NCBI GenBank assembly: GCA_963781885.1
Contig: CAWAHW010000004.1
Span: forward strand, 224,001-288,000
From: an uncultured Spirochaetota bacterium
Lineage (GTDB): Bacteria; Spirochaetota; Spirochaetia; SZUA-6; Fen-1364
Direction: 5' to 3'
DNA length: 64,000 nucleotides
Shown here: positions 17,126 through 26,462 of the stretch, piece after piece
Layout: every line of letters starts with the position of its first letter
Numbering within the stretch: position 1 is the stretch's first letter
The notes under the pieces: model-generated
Databases searched by the model: none
What the model was told of the DNA's origin: nothing
What the model saw: only the letters and a program-made list of their open reading frames with translations
Translations under genes and position numbers: made by a program

Positions 17126-19905
17126 GGCGACGCCTCCCAGTCGACGGTAGCTGAGACGTTGAGAAGGGATTCGACTACCCAACCGCAAAGCCCCTCCGGC
17201 AGCTTTATCCTGTACCAGATTTTGTCCGGAGAGTCGGCGACCGACCTGTCACGCCAACGAGCCTGAACGGTCACCGCGGCGCCACGCGGAAGGTCTGCCA
17301 GGGAAGGGGATGATTCCAAAGGGAACCTCCGCAACTTGACTCCATCTTGCGCGACAACTGCCGCGACGGAGCGATATCCCCAGGTTCGCTCGTGGCGCAC
17401 CAGCGAGTAGAGTCCCCTCGCAGGGGAAGCGACAAGCTCGAAAACCACCCCATCGGCGTCCACGGCGACTCCGCACGATCCGGCGTTCAACAGGACAGTG
17501 CCGAGGACATCGCCTTTTCCAGAAAAGGCCCGCACGACATTCGATTGCAGAAGGTAATAATTCCCGTCCCTGTCGAACCCCATGAGACGGCTTGCCCCCT
17601 CGGTATACGCAGGGCCTGAAAGGTGAATGTTGCGTGCTTTGAAAAGGCGAAGCAGGAGATCGGGGTTGCGCGTGAAAACTCTTTCCCCGTCCATGAGCAT
17701 TCCCTCGGGATTGACCCAGAGGCCTCTCCTGTCGACTTCATGCGCACGGATGAAGGCAAGAGTGCCGTCGTGATTGCGGTACGTTGCCCGCGCACCGGGC
17801 CGCAAGGGAACCTCAAGACTGAAAAGCCAATACTGGTGGGCGGGCCTGTAGTTTGCCCGCGCGGGCGCGGAAACATCGAGCTCGCCAATGAGAAGATCAT
17901 CGCCATATGCATAGTATTTCGGATGTGACGGGTCCGAAGGAAAGGGATAGGCGGCCGCGTCGCCGTGAAAGAGAACAACGCCGCCCGTGGGATCCACCAC
18001 GGTGAAGCTGCCGTCACCGTCCTGCGCGCCCTGGATGATCCGTCCGTCCATCGCGAATGCGTCGCCGAACGAAATGTCACCCAGGGGAAGCTTCGAAACG
18101 GTCGGAACCAATGCCTCATCGAGCTGAATGACGCGCTCATTTGCCGGATCATGAACAAGAAGCGTTCCGTCCGAGGTCCCGAGCATCCCATCGACCTGAA
18201 CGGGTGCCTGCATCTCTGCCGGCGGAGTGTACCCGAGCTGGGTCGCATCATTGCCGAAGGTGAAGGTGCGGACAATCGTGGATGGCCCCGGGAAAGCCAG
18301 CGGGGTCCCCGTGTCCCTGAGCTGCCAGGCTCCGCCCAGGTCTTCGTTCTCTATCGCAACGGCGCTGCGTACCGTTGCGACAAGGCCCCCGCTGGTTGCC
18401 GCCTGATAGGCAGTCTGCGTGAATGAGGCTCCTGGCAATACGCCGGTTTTCGGAAGTGCAAGGATTTCCGCGAGCTCTCCCTGCGCGGTGGGAAAATGTC
18501 GACAAATGACAACCCCGCCGCCATTCGGCTGAAGAAAGCCAAAGGCGGACAATGCCGGCACACCATAGGTGTCGGCCTGGTTGTACGCCCTCCGCCACTT
18601 CATGTCGCCGGTGGGCGAAAAGCGAGCCAGCCATGCCTGGAATTCGGACGCTGACAGAATGGCTCCCGGGCCGCAGACGAAGAGGTCTCCCGCGGAATCC
18701 TGGACCATCCCGCGGGGACGCATTTCGCCTCGCGGGTTGTCAAAGATCTTCTGCCATGCGAGCTTTCCATCGGGTTGAATTTTGCAGAGCAGCAATAATC
18801 CGTTTTTGCCGGCGAAGGTCGTTCCGACGACTGCGAACCCACCATCCAAGAGCTGGACGATGGCATCTGCCGAGCATCTCTGCACCGCCGATATCGGCTC
18901 GACGCTCTCAATGTTCGTCCGCCATATCACGTCACCGTTCGACGTTAGCCTCATGACAAACGCTTGCGAGTATTCGGAGTTCGGCGGAGAGAAGATGCCG
19001 CAAAGAGCATAGCCATTGTCCGTGGTCTGCGCGAGACCGTTCACCTGGATGTTGCTCCCCAGGCAATACTCCTTTGCCCACAACAGCGCGCCGTTGCCGT
19101 CGACCTTGACGACGTAGGCAGACCCGCCGCCGTACGAGATGAGCCCTCCGCCGAAAATCACGGCACCGCCGTCTCTCGTCGAGACGATACTGCACGGTGT
19201 GTTCACGTAGACGGTAGTGAAGCGCCGTTCCCATAGCGAGTGACCCTGCGCATCGATCTTCCCCAGCCAGGTCTGATTCCCCTGGCCCACGAGAGACGGC
19301 GCCGAACCCAGGAGGAGGAATCCTCCATCCACCGCCTGGACGATCGACGTGATGTCGTGCTCTGCCAGAGCCGGGAGGGCACTCTGCAACGTGATGTTCC
19401 CCGACTCATCGGTCAAGATCAGGGAAGGACGACCCTTGGCACCCGACGCCAAGGCAGGGCCTCTCCCGATGAGGGCGTAGCCGCCTTTCGCGCGCTGGGC
19501 AACCGCCGTGAACGCCCCGCCATTCCTGTCCGCGAAGCGAAGAATGCAAAACGGCAGAGCCGGCGCCGGCGAGGATATGCTCTCCTTTCCCATGGCAATC
19601 CACCCCACCTTGTACCAGAAGCCAGTCCCCCCGACGGACGCATGATCGTCAAAAGATGTCTCCTTGATGGGGTCAGCCGTCAGGCGGCTGAAAATGCCTT
19701 CGGGCGACGCGGAGCGGTACACAAAGTAACCTTCGGCGCCATTGACAGGATCCCATGCGATTCTGTTCAAGCCAGGCGGACACGCGACGGCGGTGATTTC
19801 ATCCAGTCGGGCGACGCCCGTGACCCCGCTGGCGGCCCCCGCGTTCGCCGAAACGAGCGAAAACACCAGCACGAGAAAAAGCGTTGCGATTCGTGATCTC
19901 ATCAT
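17122..19905 (-). CDS. Large secreted modular protein: FN3-like + beta-propeller + NHL-like + SH3b-like
   Basis: Signal peptide; W.PV.GA.GY.VYRS FN3-like segment; repeated KID.G..W / T.DGG blades; C-terminal VKLRRFP...WYRIKLPEGLCGWV SH3b-like domain. Confidence 0.7.
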   Translation of the reverse strand: MMRSRIATLFLVLVFSLVSANAGAASGVTGVARLDEITAVACPPGLNRIAWDPVNGAEGYFVYRSASPEGIFSRLTADPIKETSFDDHASVGGTGFWYKVGWIAMGKESISSPAPALPFCILRFADRNGGAFTAVAQRAKGGYALIGRGPALASGAKGRPSLILTDESGNITLQSALPALAEHDITSIVQAVDGGFLLLGSAPSLVGQGNQTWLGKIDAQGHSLWERRFTTVYVNTPCSIVSTRDGGAVIFGGGLISYGGGSAYVVKVDGNGALLWAKEYCLGSNIQVNGLAQTTDNGYALCGIFSPPNSEYSQAFVMRLTSNGDVIWRTNIESVEPISAVQRCSADAIVQLLDGGFAVVGTTFAGKNGLLLLCKIQPDGKLAWQKIFDNPRGEMRPRGMVQDSAGDLFVCGPGAILSASEFQAWLARFSPTGDMKWRRAYNQADTYGVPALSAFGFLQPNGGGVVICRHFPTAQGELAEILALPKTGVLPGASFTQTAYQAATSGGLVATVRSAVAIENEDLGGAWQLRDTGTPLAFPGPSTIVRTFTFGNDATQLGYTPPAEMQAPVQVDGMLGTSDGTLLVHDPANERVIQLDEALVPTVSKLPLGDISFGDAFAMDGRIIQGAQDGDGSFTVVDPTGGVVLFHGDAAAYPFPSDPSHPKYYAYGDDLLIGELDVSAPARANYRPAHQYWLFSLEVPLRPGARATYRNHDGTLAFIRAHEVDRRGLWVNPEGMLMDGERVFTRNPDLLLRLFKARNIHLSGPAYTEGASRLMGFDRDGNYYLLQSNVVRAFSGKGDVLGTVLLNAGSCGVAVDADGVVFELVASPARGLYSLVRHERTWGYRSVAAVVAQDGVKLRRFPLESSPSLADLPRGAAVTVQARWRDRSVADSPDKIWYRIKLPEGLCGWVVESLLNVSATVDWEASP

Positions 19906-21563
19906 GGATATACCCGCTGCACCGTGAGGTCGACGTCTCGTGGTTTCTGTTCCGGCGACGGCTTTGGAGGCAGAGGCGGACGCGGGTCGAGGTCCTGGGC
20001 GGCCACCGGTTGTGAACTGAAATGGATGTCCGCCGGCAGGGCGTCCGTGGGCTCCGTTGCCACCTTGTCGCCCTGGACCAGGAACGCGTCGTCGGCCCCT
20101 GGCAGCGATCCATCGCCCCGCAGCTTGAGCACCCACGTACACGTCTGGCCAGCGGAGTAGTAATTCGTGCTCGTGCAGACCGCAAATCCACCGTCGGAAG
20201 TCTGAATCGGGTCGAACGGGGCTTCCGGCGCAATACCGCGATATCGCCTCTCCCATTGTATGGCGCCGCTCGCATCGAGCTTGAGGATCGCGGCATCGCT
20301 TCCGTCCCTGGCCGGGGTTCCCGTGGAGAGGACAAAACCGCCATCAGTGGTCTCCTGGACCGGTGATGCCTGCCAGCCAGGAAGGGGAAGGTCGTATTTC
20401 TGTTGCCACGAAATCGCGCCATTCGCGGAAATCTTCAGAAGCCACAAGATGAGGGGCGCCTCGCCATTGTCGGTCTTTCGCAATCCGGCGCTTATGATTG
20501 CCCCTCCTCCCCGGGCCGACGCGACGCCACCCAGGGCCTCATCCGTTGGCCCACCCACCGTCTCTTGCCATTCGATCACGCCGCCCTCCTTCAGCTTGAG
20601 GAGCCAGAGGTCGGCGCTTCCTGCTCCCGGAATCTCCGCGCTTCCGCCAAGAAGGTACCCGCCTTCAACGGGACAGACGGCCACGGAGCTCCCCGTGGTC
20701 AGCCTCCTCCCACCGGCCTGATCACGAAATGCCTCCTGCCATTCCACGGCGCCATTTGTCGTCAGCTTCACCACCCAGAGGAAAAGGGATTCGGTTGAGT
20801 TCCCCGGTTGCACACTCGTGCATAGAATTGAGCCTCCATCCGGCGTCTGACGGATAGCGCCGCGCAAAGAAGTGTCACGTGAAAAGCAAATGGTTGATTT
20901 CCAGGACATCGTCCCGGCGGAATCGATCTTCATGACCCACTGTTCGTCAAACGTGGAATCGACGGTCAGGCTGACGCCAAGGATGAGAATCCCTCCGTCA
21001 GTCGTGCGGTCGACGGAATATGCATCGCAGGAGCTTGCGCTGAGGTAGCTCCCCTGCCAAATGGCATTTCCGTCGGGTCCAAGACGCGCCGCCAGCAAGG
21101 CGTGCCGACTGCTATCCTCGCTGGACGTGATCCAGACGGCGATTGCGTCGCCGTTGTCGAGGGAACAGATGAATCTCCCCGCGGAGTACGCACGGCCCCC
21201 CAGGCATCGAGCCCATACGGCTTCCGTAGCGGGCCCACCGATCATTGTCTCCTTGCCATTCACGAGGGAGCTCACGCGATATTCGCAGGGTGCATCGGCC
21301 GGAAGATCGGTATCCACAAAGCTCGTCTCATGCAGAGGGCTGCCGTTCAGCTTGAGAGGCTCGCCCCCGTGACCGACGGCGCGGTAAACGTTGTAGCCGG
21401 CGGCTGACGGCTCTGCACCCCATGCAAGAGAGGCGCTCCCGGATGCGTAGGCCAGCGTGACTCCCGGCTGCGCAGGAGAGGAAAATGCCTGCGGGGATGC
21501 TACACACACGATGAAAAAGAGAAAAATCACGACAAGCCCATGGAAGCGGAACTTTTCAGCCAT
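19902..21563 (-). CDS. Secreted FN3-like + beta-propeller protein
   Basis: Signal peptide; LAWGAEPSAAGYNVYR; repeated W.LKL...G...WQ / QT.DGG blades. Confidence 0.7.
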   Translation of the reverse strand: MAEKFRFHGLVVIFLFFIVCVASPQAFSSPAQPGVTLAYASGSASLAWGAEPSAAGYNVYRAVGHGGEPLKLNGSPLHETSFVDTDLPADAPCEYRVSSLVNGKETMIGGPATEAVWARCLGGRAYSAGRFICSLDNGDAIAVWITSSEDSSRHALLAARLGPDGNAIWQGSYLSASSCDAYSVDRTTDGGILILGVSLTVDSTFDEQWVMKIDSAGTMSWKSTICFSRDTSLRGAIRQTPDGGSILCTSVQPGNSTESLFLWVVKLTTNGAVEWQEAFRDQAGGRRLTTGSSVAVCPVEGGYLLGGSAEIPGAGSADLWLLKLKEGGVIEWQETVGGPTDEALGGVASARGGGAIISAGLRKTDNGEAPLILWLLKISANGAISWQQKYDLPLPGWQASPVQETTDGGFVLSTGTPARDGSDAAILKLDASGAIQWERRYRGIAPEAPFDPIQTSDGGFAVCTSTNYYSAGQTCTWVLKLRGDGSLPGADDAFLVQGDKVATEPTDALPADIHFSSQPVAAQDLDPRPPLPPKPSPEQKPRDVDLTVQRVYP

Positions 21564-21884
21564 AGTTGTTACCCCCGGAGAATCTCGCTCATTACTTTCT
21601 GCTGTCAGAACGTCGGTGAACACGAAGCCGTTCCGTTCCGCCGTCTCGCCGATCGCGACAGGAATGGAGTGCGCGAATTGGGCGCGTCAACGGCCGCGGC
21701 GTGGAGCTCACCGCGTTCGGCACACAGCCTCAAATAAATGTATAGATCATTTCAGAGCCACGGGTAAAGGGCAAAGTGCCATACCAAGCGTACGGGCCCG
21801 GCCGACATCTCAGGCGGGGCAGCCCGCACCCGCCCGGCGCTTTCAACTTTTCCGCGCCCACGATCTTCACTACATTACTTCCTC

Positions 21885-22304
21885 ATGGCAACCTCAAGAG
21901 CTCAACGCGTACCTGAGTTTCAAGGACAACGCCCGACAGGCGATGGAGTTCTACCATACCGTCTTCGGCGGCAAGCTGGTGATCAGCACATTCAAGGAGT
22001 TTCACGCTTCGAAGGATTCCAGCCAGGACAACCTCGTCATGCACGCCGACCTGCAGGGCGACAACGGGATCAGTCTTCTATGCCTCCGACACCGTCAACC
22101 CGGCGGAGTACCGTCCCGCGAACGGCATCAGCATGTCGCTGGGCGGCGACAACGAAAAGGAGCTGACGGGGTATTTCAACAAGCTCAGTGCAGGCGGGAA
22201 GGTCACGATGCCCCTGGCCAAAGGCGCAGTGGGGAGACTCATTCGGCATGCTGGTCGACAAGTTCGGCATCCCCTGGATGGTGAATATCGCCGCGCCAAA
22301 GTAG
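21885..22304 (+). CDS. VOC/PhnB-family protein, with three +1 frameshifts
   Basis: Stitched translation: LNAYLSFKDNARQAMEFYHTVFGG..VMHADL..YASD..ISMSLGG..FNKLSAGGKVTMPL..QWGDSFGMLVDKFGIPWMVNI; TAG at 22302-22304. Confidence 0.85.
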
Positions 22305-22313
22305 GCCGCCCGC

Positions 22314-23856
22314 CTACCCTCCCCGCATCTCCTGCACCATCGCGCGGGCGCCTTTCATCACGCCCAGCACGCCGCCGCTGCTCTGGCTTTGCGACCCGGC
22401 GAACCACAGGTTCGGGATGGGCGTCTCTGTAGCTCGGATTGGGCCGGTTCATCACGGGGGCGATGCCGCCGAAGGAGTGATGCTTCTGACGGACACGTTG
22501 GCGGAAGTCGGCGGGCGTGACGATGACCCGGGTGCTCGTTGCGGCGGCGATGCCGGGCACGTGCTTCTCCGCACAGGCGACAAGGTGGTCCGCGTATCGC
22601 TCCTTGCCTTCTTCCCAGTCCGCGCCCTGGATCGTATTCGGCGCGACAGTGTAGATCGTGACCGCCGCGCATCCCGGCGGCGCCATCCCGGGGGAATGGC
22701 GGGACGGGATGTAGAGGACAAAGCCGTCCGCGCCGTCGTGGTAGCGGCCCGCGCGTATGTCGCGGACCCCCTGCTCCACGTCGTACCTGCCATAGTAGTA
22801 GCAGAGCGCCGACGGCTGGGCCGGCTCACGGTCGAGCCCGAGATGCACCATGAAGACGGATTCCATCTGGACCTGCCCGTCCACGACTGCCCGATAATCG
22901 CCCGGAAGCTGGTCCGCACCCAGCAGGTCGTAGAATGTCTCGCGCGCGCCGGCAGTGGAGACAACGAGGTCGGCGGGCTCGCTCTTCCCGTCCACCACGA
23001 CACCGGTCGCCTTGCCCCCTTCTGTGGTGATCCGCGTGACCGCCGCTGAAGTGCGCACCGCGCCACCGGCGGCCGCCAGGGCATCCAGCGCCGCCTTCAC
23101 CAGGGAGCCGCATCCGCCCTTGATGTACCGGTAGACGGCCCGCGGCCCGGGCCTCTCACCGCGTTCGGGGTTGCGCGCGTCGAACGCCGACTCCAGGTTG
23201 AGCAGCGGCACCCCCAGGGCCGGGAACTCACTCGGAGTGACCATCATGTCGGCAAGGATACCGGTGTACACGGCGCTCAGCTTGGGGGATTCGAAGAAAT
23301 GCGCCATGAGATCGGCGGCGGACTGTGAGCCGAATTGCTTCACGAGCAGGAAGTTCAAGGCCATTCGGAGCTTGTCCAGCGCGGCAGCGTGCCCATCGCG
23401 AATCTCCGCGCGCCGGTTGAGGGTCACAAGCCGGTACATCCTCCGGTAGAAGCGGTAGTACCGATCGAGACCGCGCGCGTCGTCGGGGAACAGGCGCCGC
23501 AGATGGTCTTTCCGCCACATCGCCCCCTGGTAGTCTGACGGCCGCCAGAGCGCAAAGTCCGGAAAAACGATGCCTCGGTCACTCGGCTCCGTGGCCAGGG
23601 CCCGGGCGCGCGCGTCAGGCACGCCGATTTCTTCGAGGATGCGCGTCCCGATCTCATCAGGGCCAAAGCCCTCCAGGAGAAGCGGACCGAGGTCCCACGA
23701 GAATCCGTCCTGAGTAATCGTGGCTGTCACGCCGCCGGGCTGGGGATACTGCTCGTAGACGGTGACCTTGTGGCCCTCCCGGGCCAGGTAGGCGCCCGCC
23801 ACCAGGCCCGCCATGCCCGACCCGATGATCGCGACCCGCTTCTGATTGACTTCCAT
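22314..23856 (-). CDS. Phytoene desaturase/CrtISO-like NAD(P)/FAD oxidoreductase, frameshift near 22425
   Basis: IIGSGMAGL..GA.LA..G dinucleotide fold, IKGGCG and IVTPADF. The C-terminus TPIPNLWFAGSQSQSSGGVLGV lies in the next frame. Confidence 0.85.
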
Positions 23857-23859
23857 CGG

Positions 23860-25290
23860 CTATATCCCCATCTCTTCGAGCTTCTTCCTGTTCTCCGCCG
23901 CCTTCTGGGGAGTGAGATCGAACCTGCGCCAGAAGACAATGGTCATCGACAGCACCAGGAGCGCGGGCACGATGGCGGTGTGTATCCGAATCCCGACGAT
24001 CATCAGACGCCAGCCCCCCGGGTTTGCGGCCTGCTGACCAGCCAGCGTGGGGTGTCCCACCACGAATCCCGTTGCGATGTGCGCCAGCGCGATCACGAGC
24101 GCTTTGAGCGCCTCGCTGAACCTCGCGATGAAAGTCTGGAAGCCGTAGTAGATCGACGGCTCGCGCTTGCCTGTCCTCACCGCCGCGTCGTCCAGGACGT
24201 CACCCATGGTGGGCGGATCCATGAACCACTGTCCGCCAAGGCTTACGCCAAAGAGGGCGAGCGTCGCCATCCACTCCCACCGCGTGACGGCAAACGCCAT
24301 GGGGATGAAGGAGGCGACCATCAGGAAGCCCGCGATGATGCTCATCTTCTTGTTGTCGTTCACCTTCTGCGAGATCCTCACCCACAGCGGGGTGGAGACC
24401 AGTGCGCCGGCAAGCATCGAGCCCATGATGAGCGGGAGACTCCGGTTGGTGGGGTCGTCCAGGATGTAGGTGATGACGTAGAGCGCAGATGCGTTGACCA
24501 GTGCCACGGCGGCCTGGTAGCCGAAGAAGAAGAGGTACTTCACCCGCACGATCCGGTTGGCCAGTACCTTGCGCGCAACCGTGAAGAACGGCTGGTTGGC
24601 TTCGCCCGCACGGGCCTGGTTGCGCGCGTACTCGGCACGCATGCGCTTGTTCTCATAGACGCCGGGGAGAATGAGCGCGAACAGCAGGAACCCGCCGGCA
24701 AAGGAGACAAGCGCCCCCAGCCGGTAGCTCTCGGGATGGTTCTGGTTCACGATCATCCCGGTGATCACGAAGGCAAGGACGAGGCCGAGTATGCCCAGGA
24801 GCGTGCCCCAGCCCTGGACGGCGCGCCGTTCCTCGGGGGTGCGGAACTTAACCGGGAAGAGCGATACCGAGTTGATGTCGTAGAGCGTGTAGAAGGTGTC
24901 GAACAACAAGAGCGCCCCGATATACCACGCGAAGATCTTCCACGTGTCGTGCGGCGCGTGCCAGGCAAGCGGCACGAGAAAGATGAGGAGGTAGGAGAAG
25001 ATCCAGGGGATGCCGCCGATCAGGATCCATGGGAAGCGGTGCATGTGTGTCCGCTTCTGCCAGGGCATCTTGAGCTTCTCCATCAGGTAGCCCGCCAGAG
25101 GTGCGTTGATCACGTTCCAGGTAGAAAAGACGAGAAACGCCACTAACGCGAGCCCCGACGGGAGCCCGATGACGCTCTCATAGTAGAAGAACGTGTACAG
25201 GCCGAAGGCAGAGGTGAACCACTGTGAGAACATCTCTCGTGAGCCGAAGCTGGCATGGATCAGCCGGGAGTTCTCGTAACGTTGCTTCAT
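23860..25290 (-). CDS. GPH/MelB-like MFS transporter
   Basis: About 12 TM helices; WNVINAPLAGYL, HRFPWIL, SLFPVKFRTPEERR and DVLDD...TGKRE..YYG motifs. Confidence 0.85.
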   Translation of the reverse strand: MKQRYENSRLIHASFGSREMFSQWFTSAFGLYTFFYYESVIGLPSGLALVAFLVFSTWNVINAPLAGYLMEKLKMPWQKRTHMHRFPWILIGGIPWIFSYLLIFLVPLAWHAPHDTWKIFAWYIGALLLFDTFYTLYDINSVSLFPVKFRTPEERRAVQGWGTLLGILGLVLAFVITGMIVNQNHPESYRLGALVSFAGGFLLFALILPGVYENKRMRAEYARNQARAGEANQPFFTVARKVLANRIVRVKYLFFFGYQAAVALVNASALYVITYILDDPTNRSLPLIMGSMLAGALVSTPLWVRISQKVNDNKKMSIIAGFLMVASFIPMAFAVTRWEWMATLALFGVSLGGQWFMDPPTMGDVLDDAAVRTGKREPSIYYGFQTFIARFSEALKALVIALAHIATGFVVGHPTLAGQQAANPGGWRLMIVGIRIHTAIVPALLVLSMTIVFWRRFDLTPQKAAENRKKLEEMGI

Positions 25291-25373
25291 CGACACTGTC
25301 TCCTTTTATCGGGCATGCTATCATCCGATCGGGTCGACCGCAAACAAAATCCGTTCGGCGCAAGGGGGAAAAT

Positions 25374-26399
25374 GTGCAAAAAGAAATCACGTCTGCCGGC
25401 GATCTCCTGGATGCTCGCGGCAGGCTGGTCGCGAGTGGCTGGGCGCGGAAGCCTCTCCTGCGCTACGACCGCGGCAGGGTTGCCGCCGGAGCGCTCCGGA
25501 TCAAGGAGTGGGACTACTACGAGATCATCAACCCCGACTACGGCATCGTCCTGCTGGTCTATGACATCGGCTACCAGGGCAGGGCGGTAGTGAAGTGGAT
25601 GGACTTCCGGGCCGGAACCTTTGAGGAGAACGGCCCGACACTCTGGTTCACCCGCGGCGGCATGGGCCTGCCCCCCGGCTCGGAGACCGGCGATGTCGTC
25701 TTTGACCGCGGCGGCGTTCAGTGGGCATGCCGCCGCCGCGCTGACGGGGCCCGCGCCTTCGAGTTCTCCTTCCCGGACTTCCGCGGCGGCACAGGCATTT
25801 CCGGAGAGTTGGAGCTGGCCCCGGCGCGCGGGGACTCCATGGTCAACGCCATCCCTTTCCGAAACGCGACCAGGTTCGTCTATGCGCAGAAGATCACCTG
25901 CATGATGCCGGAAGGCCGGGTCAGGATGGGAAACGATGCCTACACCTTCTCACGGGACAACCACAGCTTCGGCTGCCTGGACTGGAGCAGGGCAGCATTC
26001 CCGTACCACTCCGAGTGGCGATGGTGCATCGCCTCCGGGACGGTGGGCGGCGTGCCCTTCGGCATGAACATCGACTACGGGTTCGGCACCGAGTCGAGCA
26101 AGTCGATGATCTTTCGCGACAGCGTGGGCCATCACTTGGACGAGGCCCGCTACACCTTCGACCGCGCGGACCCGATGAAGCCGTGGATCTTCACGGACAA
26201 TGAGAACCGGGTCGAGCTCAGCCTCAGACCGGTGTGCATCGAGCGCGGCTCCACGAACTACGTGATCCTCAAGACGAGCCTGCTGAAGGTGTACGGCTTC
26301 TTTACCGGGCGGGTGCGCCTGGACGACGGACGATGGATCACCATCAGCGAGTCTGACCGGCTGTTCGGCTCCGCGGAGGCAGTGGTGAACGACTGGTAG
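25374..26399 (+). CDS. DUF2804 family protein
   Basis: QKEIT...LLD..G.L...GWARKPLL.YDR...RIKEWDYY and CLDWSR..FPY...W.W motifs; GTG start. Confidence 0.85.
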   Translation: MQKEITSAGDLLDARGRLVASGWARKPLLRYDRGRVAAGALRIKEWDYYEIINPDYGIVLLVYDIGYQGRAVVKWMDFRAGTFEENGPTLWFTRGGMGLPPGSETGDVVFDRGGVQWACRRRADGARAFEFSFPDFRGGTGISGELELAPARGDSMVNAIPFRNATRFVYAQKITCMMPEGRVRMGNDAYTFSRDNHSFGCLDWSRAAFPYHSEWRWCIASGTVGGVPFGMNIDYGFGTESSKSMIFRDSVGHHLDEARYTFDRADPMKPWIFTDNENRVELSLRPVCIERGSTNYVILKTSLLKVYGFFTGRVRLDDGRWITISESDRLFGSAEAVVNDW

Positions 26400-26462
26400 A
26401 AGAGCACAGTCGGCGATGCTCGGGCAACAGCGACAAAGAGCGAAGCTCCTGAAGCTCCCGTG

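Noticed and set aside
21755-21810. GGGCAAA motif suggesting a c-di-GMP-I riboswitch upstream of the VOC gene
   Set aside because: No GNRA-capped stem or downstream GCAAA/receptor motif follows it.
21885-22304. Programmed ribosomal frameshifting or true pseudogene status for the broken genes
   Set aside because: No shared slippery motif, and the uniform +1 lesions across unrelated genes point to assembly error.
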